IMG/VR virus record: IMGVR_UViG_3300031088_000775
Direction: 5' to 3' (one strand)
Length of the DNA stretch: 64,000 nucleotides
Origin: an uncultured virus (IMG/VR IMGVR_UViG_3300031088_000775)
Taxonomy: Duplodnaviria > Heunggongvirae > Uroviricota > Caudoviricetes
Under the pieces are notes generated by a model, which saw only the letters and a list, made by a program, of their open reading frames with translations, was not told where the DNA came from and made no database searches. Each line of letters begins with the position of its first letter. Position 1 is the stretch's first letter. Position numbers and translations under genes: made by a program. Positions 40,204 to 50,563 of the stretch are shown here, piece by piece.

Positions 40204-40806
40204 ATGTCTCAGGCAACAATCTACCGCGTAGGTTCAATGAAGCCCGCTGAAGATGTAACTCCAGATCTTCAGGAGTTCCTCGAGCGTTTTGACTCTTACT
40301 GCCCAGCTGGCCGCACTCCTAGGACTAAGGCACTGTTTGCCTCCCCTAACCTCGAACAGCATTCACGCTGGGTCATCGGCGTTAGTCTCCTTCATTTCGG
40401 TGATTATACGAAGAGCCATGCTATTACTGTAAACCCAGATACTACCTACATCTATCCTATTTCAGCTTATGAAGATGCTAGCGCTAGAGAAACTGAAAGC
40501 TACATCAAGCGCTACTGGGCCGCTGGGATGACGCTCACTCAGTACCTAGAGGAACATGAGGGTATCAACACTCCGAGCACTGGCGAGTGGGAAATCCTCT
40601 TCACTGAAAAGGACATTATCGAAGTTTCAGCAATCAACAATAAGAAGGTTCTTGAAAACTCATCTGAATCGCGTAAGGAACAGGTAATGCGCCTACTCTT
40701 CCCGAAGATGTACCGAAAGTATATTGACAACTACCTTCCACAGGAAAGTAAAGAAGCTGTCTCTAAGCAAGCTGCCCTCTACATGAACTATGTTAACTCT
40801 ATCTAG
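40204..40806 (+). CDS. Putative ADP-ribosyltransferase-fold protein
   Basis: IYRV, LFASP, GEWEIL arranged like an R-S-E triad. Confidence 0.4.
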   Translation: MSQATIYRVGSMKPAEDVTPDLQEFLERFDSYCPAGRTPRTKALFASPNLEQHSRWVIGVSLLHFGDYTKSHAITVNPDTTYIYPISAYEDASARETESYIKRYWAAGMTLTQYLEEHEGINTPSTGEWEILFTEKDIIEVSAINNKKVLENSSESRKEQVMRLLFPKMYRKYIDNYLPQESKEAVSKQAALYMNYVNSI

Positions 40807-40963
40807 ATAAACCTCTTTGTAAAAGAATAGACTACGCAACGACTTTTAGTCGTTGCGTTTTTTCGCAAAGAATTCTATAAGTGTGAAGTCTTATTCTTTT
40901 TACTTACTGGAAAAACTATTCAGACTCTTATTGTCAACAATTGTTGACTATTCTTTGAAAACA

Positions 40964-41215
40964 TCAAGAAAGAGGTATTGTGACAAAAGCGTAAATAACA
41001 AAGGCTATAGTCGCTATTGCCATGGTAACTGCCAATAGAAGCCCCTCAGACAGTCTCTTTCGAGCAGCAATTGATAGAATTGTTCCTACAAAGAAAACTA
41101 CTGCGAAAATCAGAAAGACTACCGAAGAAGGATTCGAGAGAAGACCCTCAAACAAAGTCTTCCCTTGCTCTTTTTCTAGTAAGTCCAACCCTTGCATTGT
41201 AGAATGCTTGAACAT
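40964..41215 (-). CDS. Small membrane protein (2 TM)
   Basis: Two hydrophobic helices; TGGTAAAAT upstream. Confidence 0.6.
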   Translation of the reverse strand: MFKHSTMQGLDLLEKEQGKTLFEGLLSNPSSVVFLIFAVVFFVGTILSIAARKRLSEGLLLAVTMAIATIAFVIYAFVTIPLS

Positions 41216-41505
41216 TTTCTTAAACCTTCAATCTTTATTCTTCTATTTCGATTCAGCTCATATCTCTCTAGAATTGTAGGGGATATTTTACTTCTTAGAT
41301 TTTACCAAAAACTTACTGAAAAATGATGCTTCAGATTGCAATCCTCATTACATATTAAAACAGAGGACATTGCCTCTACATTAGTTGAGCTGCATGCTGT
41401 TGAACTATGGTAATAGCTTCAGTGCCGCTGTTTTCCCGCTCAGCAGTTATAAAAACAGTCAATCCTACCACTACGTTTTCTTAAAGTTTTTCAAAAGAGT
41501 TCTTT

Positions 41506-41724
41506 CTATTCGTCGATTCGACCAGCATTTTGAATGCGAATCTTAAGATAAACAGCAATCGAAGTTGAGATAAGAACTAGAAGCAAACAGAACATCAACA
41601 TGACTGCAACTGGTGAAAGCAAAGGCTTCTCTGCAAACACTAAATTCAACCCGGCCGCGACTGTAAGAGCGCTCCAAATTAATAGAAAGATGAACGTCGG
41701 CGCCATTTGCTTAAGATTTTTCAT
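41506..41724 (-). CDS. Small membrane protein (2 TM)
   Basis: Two hydrophobic helices; AAGG RBS. Confidence 0.6.
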   Translation of the reverse strand: MKNLKQMAPTFIFLLIWSALTVAAGLNLVFAEKPLLSPVAVMLMFCLLLVLISTSIAVYLKIRIQNAGRIDE

Positions 41725-41893
41725 TTTAGGCCTTTCGTAAAGTTTTTAAATAGTCTTAAAGGGATATTAACAAGCTTTGAAGTTTTCAGATATATGAAAT
41801 ATTCCTAAAAATTACTGTTAAAGATAGACTGAGATTATTCATATACAAAGAACAGCAGCTAAGATAATTCAATAGCTGCTGTTCTTTCAGCCC

Positions 41894-42259
41894 CTACAGG
41901 GGACGATGATTCAATGCACGGTATTTATTACCCGCCTCGTCTAAACAGACGCCACTGCCGTCTAGCGCGAAGCGAACAATATTGTGGGAAAGCTTTCGCA
42001 TAGCTTCTTCAACATCAGCCACTACATCATGCGAGTATGGGATACCTTCAGAGTCAGCGTAAAACATGTGAATTGTATTTGCAGAATCCGTTACAGCAAG
42101 AACAACGTCTCCATCTCGTGACAGAGGATTATTCGGGTCGTGAATCATGCGTTGACCGGCTGAAGCGATTTCACGGACAGTTCGGATATCTTCATACTTC
42201 TTCGCGATAGCATAATTCACACCGAGGCTATTGCTTTCAGAAAATTCGAGTTTATGCAT
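41894..42259 (-). CDS. Hypothetical protein
   Basis: AAGGA RBS. Confidence 0.65.
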   Translation of the reverse strand: MHKLEFSESNSLGVNYAIAKKYEDIRTVREIASAGQRMIHDPNNPLSRDGDVVLAVTDSANTIHMFYADSEGIPYSHDVVADVEEAMRKLSHNIVRFALDGSGVCLDEAGNKYRALNHRPL

Positions 42260-42300
42260 TGCCTGAGTCCTTAGTAGAGTTCGATTAGAAAATTTTAGTT

Positions 42301-42546
42301 TTAGAGACGCATAGTGTCAGATGCGAGGTTTACGGCTTTAGTCATCTTCTTGTCGCCCTCATATTCGCGCGACAATTCAAAGATATAATCAAGCGCGCCG
42401 GCTTCATTCATCATGTCAGAAGCGTCGTAGCCTGCAATTACAGCGATGATGTCTGCAGCAGCTGAATTGATTTCAAGTTCTTCCTGAGTTCCATCAGCTT
42501 CGTCAAGTTCAAAAGAAGCTTTGACTGCGTCAGCGTGGTTCAACAT
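42301..42546 (-). CDS. Small acidic protein
   Basis: AAGGA RBS, promoter motif. Confidence 0.7.
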   Translation of the reverse strand: MLNHADAVKASFELDEADGTQEELEINSAAADIIAVIAGYDASDMMNEAGALDYIFELSREYEGDKKMTKAVNLASDTMRL

Positions 42547-42718
42547 GTGAATTCCTTAAAGTAGGGCGATAATCTGTTTTCATGGTTCGTACATATACAA
42601 CTATACATTAAACTCTTCTGAACGCAAACAATCAATTCAACTGTTCACGTTCATTAGAGGAGGAAACCACATAGGAGACTAGTCTAACATCTCGCAATTC
42701 AAGAATAGACTTCCATTT

Positions 42719-43117
42719 TTAGCCCCGACGGTTATTTCGAAGACGCTTCTCACGCCGACGAGCGCGATCACCAGGCTTCTCCCATTGGTTGAAAAGCTGA
42801 CGCTTATTCTGGTTGTTATTGATTTTCGGGTCGGGGATAGAACTGATGACATGATTAAGGACGTTAGTGATTCGTGAATTTGCAGCACACTCTCCACGCT
42901 CATACTCATCTCCGTCACCGTATGCCTCATACTGCGTAGAAAGAGTACCCACATACTTCTTAAGAATCCGGAATCGCTGAGTTGCGATCTTATTCTTTCG
43001 CTTCAATGCTAAATTCTCATCTTTGAGTCGCTGTACCTGCAATTGGAGCTCAATAATTGCGTCAGAGTTAGACTGGTCAACAATGGAATGATTCGATTTT
43101 ACAGGATCTTTAGTCAC
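42719..43117 (-). CDS. Coiled-coil hypothetical protein
   Basis: AAGGA RBS, promoter motif. Confidence 0.65.
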   Translation of the reverse strand: MTKDPVKSNHSIVDQSNSDAIIELQLQVQRLKDENLALKRKNKIATQRFRILKKYVGTLSTQYEAYGDGDEYERGECAANSRITNVLNHVISSIPDPKINNNQNKRQLFNQWEKPGDRARRREKRLRNNRRG

Positions 43118-43255
43118 TTTTAATTCCTTGGGTTAGAGATGGGGGCATTTGAAAAATGTTTTTAGTGTCAAATACAACTATACACGAAAACTTTTAAAAG
43201 GAAAACGTATCTAATAGCAGAGCTTTTGAAAAAACGCTGAGCGACAGTTATTTTT

Positions 43256-43431
43256 CAGTTTTCTAGATCGAGTAGAAACTGCGCTACTAAGCGCGTCTAG
43301 TTAGACCCGAGGCTATCACGGCAAACTAGGTGGTATTTGCTGTATTTTCGCAGTTTTGCAGTGAAATGCTGTCTACTGTATGACTATACCCTAGACAGTA
43401 AAAACGACGCTACAAGACGCTTAGGCTCGAC
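43256..43431. repeat. Dispersed ~180-bp structured element, copy 5
   Basis: About 70 bp identical to copy 2 through the hairpin, plus the conserved ACTGTATGACTATACCCTA...CTTAGGCTCGAC tail. Confidence 0.9.
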
Positions 43432-43576
43432 ACGTAAAGTTCAGCTTTGAGTGTCTCTCTAATAAGAATTTTAGGCAAGTCGCTAATCTAAGTTCATTAA
43501 TGAAAATTGTGTCTAAAATTAAAGACCTGTTGTATAGTGGTTTTCATATGAAAGTACCTAAAACAGAGGAATAAAT

Positions 43577-43828
43577 ATGTCTAACATTGGTTATAGCCCA
43601 TCAGATGTACTTCTAGCAGCAATCAAAGGTGGTCTAGATGAAGAGCTCGCCCACGATCTTGCTGACTACGTTCGAGAAGTTCAGATTGACGCAAAGTATG
43701 ACCTCTACAAGAGTCATATTTGGAATAAGAATACGAATAGCTCAATCAAGGAAAATCCTATCTCTAAAGATGAGTTCCGTAATCTAGTGAAAGAATCTCG
43801 CGAGCACGAATTGTTTCTAGAAGTCTAA
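43577..43828 (+). CDS. Small hypothetical protein
   Basis: GAGGA RBS. Confidence 0.65.
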   Translation: MSNIGYSPSDVLLAAIKGGLDEELAHDLADYVREVQIDAKYDLYKSHIWNKNTNSSIKENPISKDEFRNLVKESREHELFLEV

Positions 43829-43950
43829 AAAGAATTCAAACAGTCTCTGTTCTTCTAGAGTTTCGGTTATTCGAAAATTTGATAGTTTCTGAAGTATATA
43901 GGCATTAGAAAACTTCATGAAAAATCAAACATTCTCAAAAGGAGATAAAG

Positions 43951-44829
43951 ATGAGTCACTATCACGCAAACGTTCTATGGCAAAATGACGATGGATCATG
44001 GAATATAGCTATTCAAAAGAAGTTGAGCACTCCCAATCATATTGCTAATAATCCTAACTTCGATGAAGAGTGGGATGCAGAGTACTCAGATGAGTTCGAT
44101 ACAGTCGTTTTGAATAAACCAACTCTTAAAGAAGCCATAAGTCACTTTGGGAATTTCGGTTCATATAACCCTGTCTATCGAACTGAAGAGAATATCCCTT
44201 ATATCAACAAGATTGAAGCTGAAGTTGACCGAGCACGCGTTAGCTCAATGAACGGCGGAACTGAAAGAATCATTGGTAGAAGATCAGATGTCAAGGCTCC
44301 CTACCATGTCGCTTTAAAAAATCTTTCTGAAATCATTGCTCCAGACGATTACCGCCGCGGAGAGGTTACTGTTAAAATGAACTTAGAAGACAATATACAG
44401 TCATTTGAGGTAGCGGCGAACCACCCAGCAATCACTCCAAGCGAACGTGCTAAACTAAAAGAAGAGAGAAAGAAACTTCTCGATAGGTTTAAGAATGATC
44501 CAAAAGTCAAAAGCTATATGAAAGAAGTTTTCTCTGGCCAAAGACTAAAAGACTTCAAAGGGACTTTAGAAAAACTTCAGAAAACACCGATCACTGCATC
44601 AAAGTCAAGTGAGAGGTCAAAGCTAGAACGTGAGATAACTAAAGCTGCTGGACCGAAGCATCATGTCAACCCTGAAACTGGGCGAACAGGTCAATGCAAG
44701 GCTACAAAGAAACCTTGCCCATTCGGTGGGGGCGATGAGCATTACGCTTCAGCTGATCTAGCTCGTAAAGCATATGAAGCGAAGAACCAAAAGTCAGTAC
44801 TGCGATCATTCAACCGTAGGGGATATTAA
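43951..44829 (+). CDS. Hypothetical protein with C-terminal His/Cys motif
   Basis: HHVNPETGRTGQCKATKKPCPFG...EHY putative metal-binding module; AAGGAG RBS. Confidence 0.7.
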   Translation: MSHYHANVLWQNDDGSWNIAIQKKLSTPNHIANNPNFDEEWDAEYSDEFDTVVLNKPTLKEAISHFGNFGSYNPVYRTEENIPYINKIEAEVDRARVSSMNGGTERIIGRRSDVKAPYHVALKNLSEIIAPDDYRRGEVTVKMNLEDNIQSFEVAANHPAITPSERAKLKEERKKLLDRFKNDPKVKSYMKEVFSGQRLKDFKGTLEKLQKTPITASKSSERSKLEREITKAAGPKHHVNPETGRTGQCKATKKPCPFGGGDEHYASADLARKAYEAKNQKSVLRSFNRRGY

Positions 44830-45008
44830 TAGAACAAAATAGGCCGCTGAGTCTCAGCGGCCTTCGTAAAAACTGTTCAAATATTCACCTAAACACACTC
44901 GACTGCTAGAATCAAAAACTACTGGTATAGAAGAATGACTATCTAGCTATTATAGAATACTAAAATAGCGGGGCACCTTGATAATTTGGCGCCCCGCTAT
45001 TTTTAGAA

Positions 45009-45284
45009 TTAATCTCGGAACTGGAAGTGCTGGCGAAGCATAGCTTCAACGATAATGTTCAACTCAAGAGGTAGATCGTCCGCAGAGCACATCATGTTGT
45101 TTACAGCCCACGCATTCATTTCGAGAAGTTCTTCGGGCGGATTCTCACCGAAGTGCGAGGTGACGTTCTGAGCACCTTCAATCAAAGCGTCACAAACAGC
45201 ATTACCGTGGCCTTCGTGAAGTTCAACAAGAGTCGGGCGGGTCGCGTTAACTTCGTTGATGAACAGTTCAGTGGTGGTAGCCAT
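45009..45284 (-). CDS. Small hypothetical protein
   Basis: ATG 45284 after AAGGA; the ORF-track extension overlaps the promoter. Confidence 0.65.
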   Translation of the reverse strand: MATTTELFINEVNATRPTLVELHEGHGNAVCDALIEGAQNVTSHFGENPPEELLEMNAWAVNNMMCSADDLPLELNIIVEAMLRQHFQFRD

Positions 45285-45453
45285 TTTCAGATCCTTTAGA
45301 TTTGAGTTTTTGTAATTCGTGGTTCGTACAAATACAACTATACATGACTTTTTGCGCTTTGCAAACACTTGAGGAAAATTTTACTAAAATGCGCGAGGCT
45401 TTTTATTTTTAAGCCTCGCGCATTACTAAGTCTATTCAAACAAGAATCAGAAA

Positions 45454-45687
45454 TTACTTCTTAACTTCAGTAATTTCGTCACAGGACATAGAGCCCCAGC
45501 GATCTCCCTTGCTATACCAAAGGCATTTAAAGTCGCCATCGCTAGTACTCACATATTCAACTGAATACCCATTAATTGCTGGATTGTCAATCGAATCACC
45601 CTGACCATCACCACCACAGCCAGTAAGGCTTAATGCAGCGAACATACCAACAAGCGCAACAAGGATAAACTTCTTAAAGCTTTTCAC
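45454..45687 (-). CDS. Small lipoprotein
   Basis: Lipobox LTGC. Confidence 0.7.
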   Translation of the reverse strand: MKSFKKFILVALVGMFAALSLTGCGGDGQGDSIDNPAINGYSVEYVSTSDGDFKCLWYSKGDRWGSMSCDEITEVKK

Positions 45688-45689
45688 AA

Positions 45690-45953
45690 TTACTTACCTT
45701 CCTGATTCTGAGACTCCATAATCTCGTTATACATCTGAATCAATTTTGCAGCAATGTCTGGAAGATGCTCAGGTGCAACATCAATGCTCAAAGGAACTGC
45801 ATTCATTTCCTCCACCTCATAATGACCCGGAGTCAAATGCAACTCAACTTCGCCCCGTTCTGGTGACCAAATTGAAGTCAAAACATTCTCACCTGGGTCT
45901 TCGTAGTGAATCTGAGTCGAAGTGTTCATTTCAGCATTCTTAGTCATGATCAA
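45690..45953 (-). CDS. Small hypothetical protein
   Basis: AAGGA RBS, promoter motif. Confidence 0.65.
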   Translation of the reverse strand: MIMTKNAEMNTSTQIHYEDPGENVLTSIWSPERGEVELHLTPGHYEVEEMNAVPLSIDVAPEHLPDIAAKLIQMYNEIMESQNQEGK

Positions 45954-46115
45954 TCCTTAAGATTAGTGGATTCAGTTAAGCAGTAAGTTCAATGACAACT
46001 ATACACGAAAACTATTTAAGTGCAAACAATACATAGATCTTTGGGCAAGACTTTAGAGAACATTAAAGAATCATCCCTGAAGCAATTGAAACTTAAGCCT
46101 ATTATGCAATTAATA

Positions 46116-46634
46116 CTACTTCGCTTTGAACTTTACCCACGAATAATCTTCGGGAAGACTCGGAAGATCAAACCATAAATCAACAAGCTCCTTAAAGTCT
46201 GATTCAACGAGACTATCAGGATCGCTAACCCAAGCTGAACCATACCCAAACTGCATTCTAGAAAAATTACTCAAATACTTTACAGTTCGTGATCCTCTTG
46301 CCTCAGGGTCTTTTTGAGTCAAATTTACTCTACCTAGACTCAGCACCTCATCAGGATGCATGTCTTTATAGGTATCTCTATTGTCAATTTCTCTAGCGAA
46401 AACATCATTGAACTCGAAAGTAACAGTACCTTTACAGAGAGTCGCTGTAGGCTCTCTATTAGAATTTTTAGAAATATTCTTCAACCAGTAAGAATCGAAC
46501 TCATAGACTACAAATTTGTCATCATAGACGGCTCGATTAGAGTACCAATATTTCGGCGTTCTCATAGAGTTAATATTCAAACCATAGATTCTTCCACGCT
46601 GGAATGGGTTATCAGTATAGTCAATCAAGTCCAT
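46116..46634 (-). CDS. Hypothetical protein
   Basis: AAGGAG RBS. Confidence 0.65.
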   Translation of the reverse strand: MDLIDYTDNPFQRGRIYGLNINSMRTPKYWYSNRAVYDDKFVVYEFDSYWLKNISKNSNREPTATLCKGTVTFEFNDVFAREIDNRDTYKDMHPDEVLSLGRVNLTQKDPEARGSRTVKYLSNFSRMQFGYGSAWVSDPDSLVESDFKELVDLWFDLPSLPEDYSWVKFKAK

Positions 46635-46658
46635 GTCTGAAGCTCCTTAAAACTTTAA

Positions 46659-47138
46659 TCAAGGATTAATCAATTCGAGTCGGTCATTCATAGGTCGATA
46701 GGCGGCATAGTTTTTATCGTGAGAGCGTATTTCTACAACGTTTATGAATCCATCTCTCTCGTAGAGTAGATTAAGATCATGAGTAGTTAAATCACTTTGA
46801 GTAGAATCTATTTTCTGAATCATTTTCAAAGATCTCTTCTTTATTTCTAGAATAGACTTCTCCCGCCTTGACCGAGACGAAAAATCAATAATATTGTAGA
46901 GAATGACAATAAGTAAGTTCGTCACGGAGACAATTACTAAAAAAGTTGTATCATCGTTTAAGAATACAGAAAATATGATTGTAAGGGCTAACCCAATAAC
47001 AATTAACTTTGCTATAAAAGACGCTTTATTTAAGAAGTTAGGCAAGTCTTCAATAGTGAAGTCTTTCTCGAAATCTATAGAAAGATTTCTTTTAATAGCC
47101 TTCGGGTGCTGCGATTGCGCCTTCATCATTACTCTCAT
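46659..47138 (-). CDS. Membrane protein (2 TM)
   Basis: Two hydrophobic helices. Confidence 0.6.
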   Translation of the reverse strand: MRVMMKAQSQHPKAIKRNLSIDFEKDFTIEDLPNFLNKASFIAKLIVIGLALTIIFSVFLNDDTTFLVIVSVTNLLIVILYNIIDFSSRSRREKSILEIKKRSLKMIQKIDSTQSDLTTHDLNLLYERDGFINVVEIRSHDKNYAAYRPMNDRLELINP

Positions 47139-47600
47139 TCATTTAACAGTCAGAATATCTAGGTTAACATCTAACTAAAATTCGTATTTGAATCAAAAGA
47201 GGTGAAGTAAGTTCAAACCGAAAGAAAGTTAGATGTTGATCTATTCCATAATACCAAAAGTATGCAGAAGTTTTCAATTGCGGGAATAATTGTTTTTGGT
47301 TGGTTGGTTGGAGGTTACCCGGTAAGGGCGGAGGGGGGAGCAAGGCTTGGGTGGCGAGGGACTTGGTTTCGCGGGCGCATATACACCTCAAGTTAAAGTC
47401 CATGGTAGGTAAGGTAGTTAGCGACAGAAAACTGTAGGTTTCTAGAAGTTTCAAAAACCGAATCTTTAGGAGTTCAACTCTCAATAGTAAAAGTTATAGA
47501 GGAATTTGCATTCTAAAATGAACTCCAAAAACCACCTTTGAATCTTACGGATTGCTGAAATTATGAACCCTGAATGTTTGAGGGCTTTAACTGAATGCCT

Positions 47601-47873
47601 CTACGAATTGAGCAGTCGAGTGAACATCGAGTCAAGAAAATCCGCTACAGAACGTAGAGTGTCGACTGAATAATTCTCAGCAATGAGATCGAAGTGATCA
47701 GAAATAGTATTCATCATTAGATCAACAGTGTTGTTCTCACGAGCAACTTTAGAGACAGCGTCGACCTGGTCAGCAAAGGACTCCAGCATACTCGCAGCTT
47801 CGCGGTCAGAGGCATCACGAAGGGAGGATGCCTTGTTGATTAGTTCAAACTTGACTACCGATCCGATGCTCAT
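47601..47873 (-). CDS. Small hypothetical protein
   Basis: ATG 47873 after AAGGA; promoter motif. Confidence 0.65.
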   Translation of the reverse strand: MSIGSVVKFELINKASSLRDASDREAASMLESFADQVDAVSKVARENNTVDLMMNTISDHFDLIAENYSVDTLRSVADFLDSMFTRLLNS

Positions 47874-48246
47874 TTTTAAATCCTTTGCCAATTTGTCGTT
47901 CGTTGATTTTCAATAACAACTATACACGATTGCTTCAGATATTAAAAACAACTATGAGTTAACTAGAAGTGGCGTTAGAAGTTGCAGCGAGAGCGTCGTT
48001 TTTTGGCGGCGTGGGTAACTACGTGGGAGGGTTGTATCTGGGTGTAGGGGCGGTGGCTTCGCGTGCGCGTATACACCTCAAGTTAAAGTCCATGGTAGGT
48101 AAGGTAGTTTTAGACTACTAATAAATGATTTTTCTTTTACTAACTATTACAGTCTTCCTTTGCTATCTAGTTCTATAATTGTGGTTAATGCGATATTAGA
48201 AACTGTAAAAATATTATTCTCTCAAGAAAGAGGTAAAGCACTACCC

Positions 48247-48549
48247 ATGTTTGGAAAACTTAAAGAAGCGTCAAAGCCGTCCACAAATTATGTCACTCTA
48301 AGAGAGTTGGCTGAATCGAAGAATGCGAAGGTTAGAGCTGCAGTCGGCGCGAATAAGAATACTCAATCCCACGTACTCGAGAATCTCGCTAAAGATATTA
48401 AGCCTAAAGTTAGAGCCGCGGTAGCGACAAATCCAAATCTACCTTCTAACGTTTGGGAAATTCTCTCTAAAGATTCAGACGCTCTTGTTCAATCTGCACT
48501 TAATGAGTCCCACCCAAGCCAACCTGAAGAGGCTAGATATAGAGGCTAA
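48247..48549 (+). CDS. HEAT/leucine-rich-variant repeat protein
   Basis: LAESKNAKVRAAVGANKNT / LAKDIKPKVRAAVATNPNL / LSKDSDALVQ repeats; GAGG RBS before ATG 48247. Confidence 0.7.
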   Translation: MFGKLKEASKPSTNYVTLRELAESKNAKVRAAVGANKNTQSHVLENLAKDIKPKVRAAVATNPNLPSNVWEILSKDSDALVQSALNESHPSQPEEARYRG

Positions 48550-49000
48550 AGAAACTTAATTAGGGAGGTGCTAGGTAATTCAATCACAGTTAGCGCCTCC
48601 CTTAAAGAGACGGCTAATCAAACTGGATAAACTCTATTTCGAAGTTTCTTTTAGTTAAATAAACAGAATTTTTGAGTAATATGAAAACTGCGTTTTTCTG
48701 TCGCTAACTACCTTACCTACCATGGACATTAACTTGAAGGGGTATGGGGACCCTACTAGCTACATCTCCACTCACCCCCTGGAACCATCCACGAGTCCGA
48801 CCAAATGGGCTAAACCAACCCTCAAAAGATAGACACTCCCGGGGTAAACTTAATACTGGAATCCATAGCGTTAAGACTGAAATTAAATCTAATGCTCTTA
48901 CTCTTAAGAGGCACCTCATTTTGAAGCACCTCTTAAGAGTATTTTAATTTTAGTAAATAGATTAAGAGTCTTTATCTATTAAAAGAAAATTTTTATAGTT

Positions 49001-49816
49001 TTAGCATCCAGCCTTCACACCCTTTGAATAGATATTTTTAATATTAGTCAAAGACTTGCCAGTAGCCTTCTTCTTTGTGTAAACTCCCTGTCCAACGCTA
49101 CCATGAAGATAGTAAGCCATTTGATCAGCTTGAACTTCTAGGCTCTTATTTCGGATAGCCTTATTCCACCCTGAAACGTTATTCTTATATTTTCCAGTCC
49201 ACTGTAGATGATGACTGAACTCGTGGACGAAAACAAAGCCCATTCGCGAAGACTTTACATGAGACTTAGCGATAGCAATGGTTCTGGTATTTGGATTATA
49301 GTGAGAGACCCTACCCGAAATTTGCTTGATCTTCACTCCTTTACAACTCTGCTTTAGATACCTTTGTGCGTCACTGTAAGTTTTTACCTTGCTGATTGCA
49401 AGCTTCTTAGGAGTTGCTTTCTTCACTTTAGTTTTAGGGTTTGCTGCAGTGATATTAGTCAGATACTTGGAGGAGACCCATCCTGATAGCTTACCCGACT
49501 TGATTTGAGACCAACCTGACTTAGTCTTTACTACAGTCACGGTAGCGCCCTTTTTAAGAGTTCCAACCTTCTTGTACTTTACGCCAGCATTCTTTCGTAC
49601 ATTCAATGCAGACTTAGTCTTCATTGACTTAGCTTTAGCCGCTGTAGCAATTTTTACTCCAGTCGGGGTTGCGATAGTCGAAACACCTGCAGTCTTAATA
49701 GTATTCTGGATAGTTGTTGTTGGTGCTGCTGCAAACGCGTTTGCTGGAAGGTTAACTCCACCGGCTACAATAGCCATTGCTAGAGTTCCTGATGCGAGAA
49801 TCTTTTTAAAATCCAT
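49001..49816 (-). CDS. Secreted SH3b-domain protein with zincin (HExxH) domain
   Basis: Signal peptide (AFA), LNVRKNAG...GWSQI...GWVSSKYL, HEFSHHLQ...EVQAD. Confidence 0.75.
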   Translation of the reverse strand: MDFKKILASGTLAMAIVAGGVNLPANAFAAAPTTTIQNTIKTAGVSTIATPTGVKIATAAKAKSMKTKSALNVRKNAGVKYKKVGTLKKGATVTVVKTKSGWSQIKSGKLSGWVSSKYLTNITAANPKTKVKKATPKKLAISKVKTYSDAQRYLKQSCKGVKIKQISGRVSHYNPNTRTIAIAKSHVKSSRMGFVFVHEFSHHLQWTGKYKNNVSGWNKAIRNKSLEVQADQMAYYLHGSVGQGVYTKKKATGKSLTNIKNIYSKGVKAGC

Positions 49817-50563
49817 TTTTGTATTACTCCCCAAAAGTTAATATTGTTCTGTTAATAGTTAGAAGTCTTTTTAGAATACAGCTTTAAAAACTCTAAAATA
49901 GATCGGTTTGAAGGGCCTTTCGGAATATCAGCATTGAATGCCCTTCAAAGCAACAAAAACAACTATATAATAATCTTCTTAGAATTCAAAACTACTAAGT
50001 AATTGACTCAAATGTTTCTAAAACAGATTCTAGCGTGACATTTTAAAGAATTGCGGCCCTTTAAAATACTGTCTAAAACTACCTTACCTACCATGGACAC
50101 TAACTTGAGGTGTATACGCGTGCGCATAGCCCGCGCAACACTCGATCACGGCCTCAGCCCTCCCAAACAAATCGCCCCTTCAAACAAACCAACCTCTTCA
50201 AAGATAACCTCTATAGAAAAGATTATCTCCCCGCCGCCTACAACCTAAACTAGAAGCATCATGAGATATCTGAATAGCACTTTTGACCTAGTAAGTCCTG
50301 CTTTAAAAAGAATAAGACTCACTCTTTAGATCTTTAATTGTTGTCTTCGTATTATAGTCGATTTGTCATATACTCTAAACAGCGGCACCAGACAGTCTCG
50401 CAGTAGCTAGTTTTAGGTGGGTATTTGTTCGTCTCTTCGCTATGCTGCTGAGAGAACCGGGTTTACTGACTGTTTAGCGTATACTAAGAAAGCAAAGCTT
50501 CCATGTTAACTCAAAACAGATTTTGGAAGCTTTGCTTTACTGTAGTTTCGCTGATTTTTAATG

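Larger units (their letters stand above)
47380..50116. repeat. Four copies of a 40-bp site TATACACCTCAAGTTAAAGTCCATGGTAGGTAAGGTAGTT
   Basis: + 47380-47419 and 48070-48109 (identical); - 48706-48745 and 50077-50116 (variant). Confidence 0.9.

Noticed and set aside
47164..50248. ORFs 47164-47484, 48713-48947 and 50051-50248 with similar TTLPTMD-like peptides
   Set aside because: The similarity is just translation of the 40-bp DNA repeat
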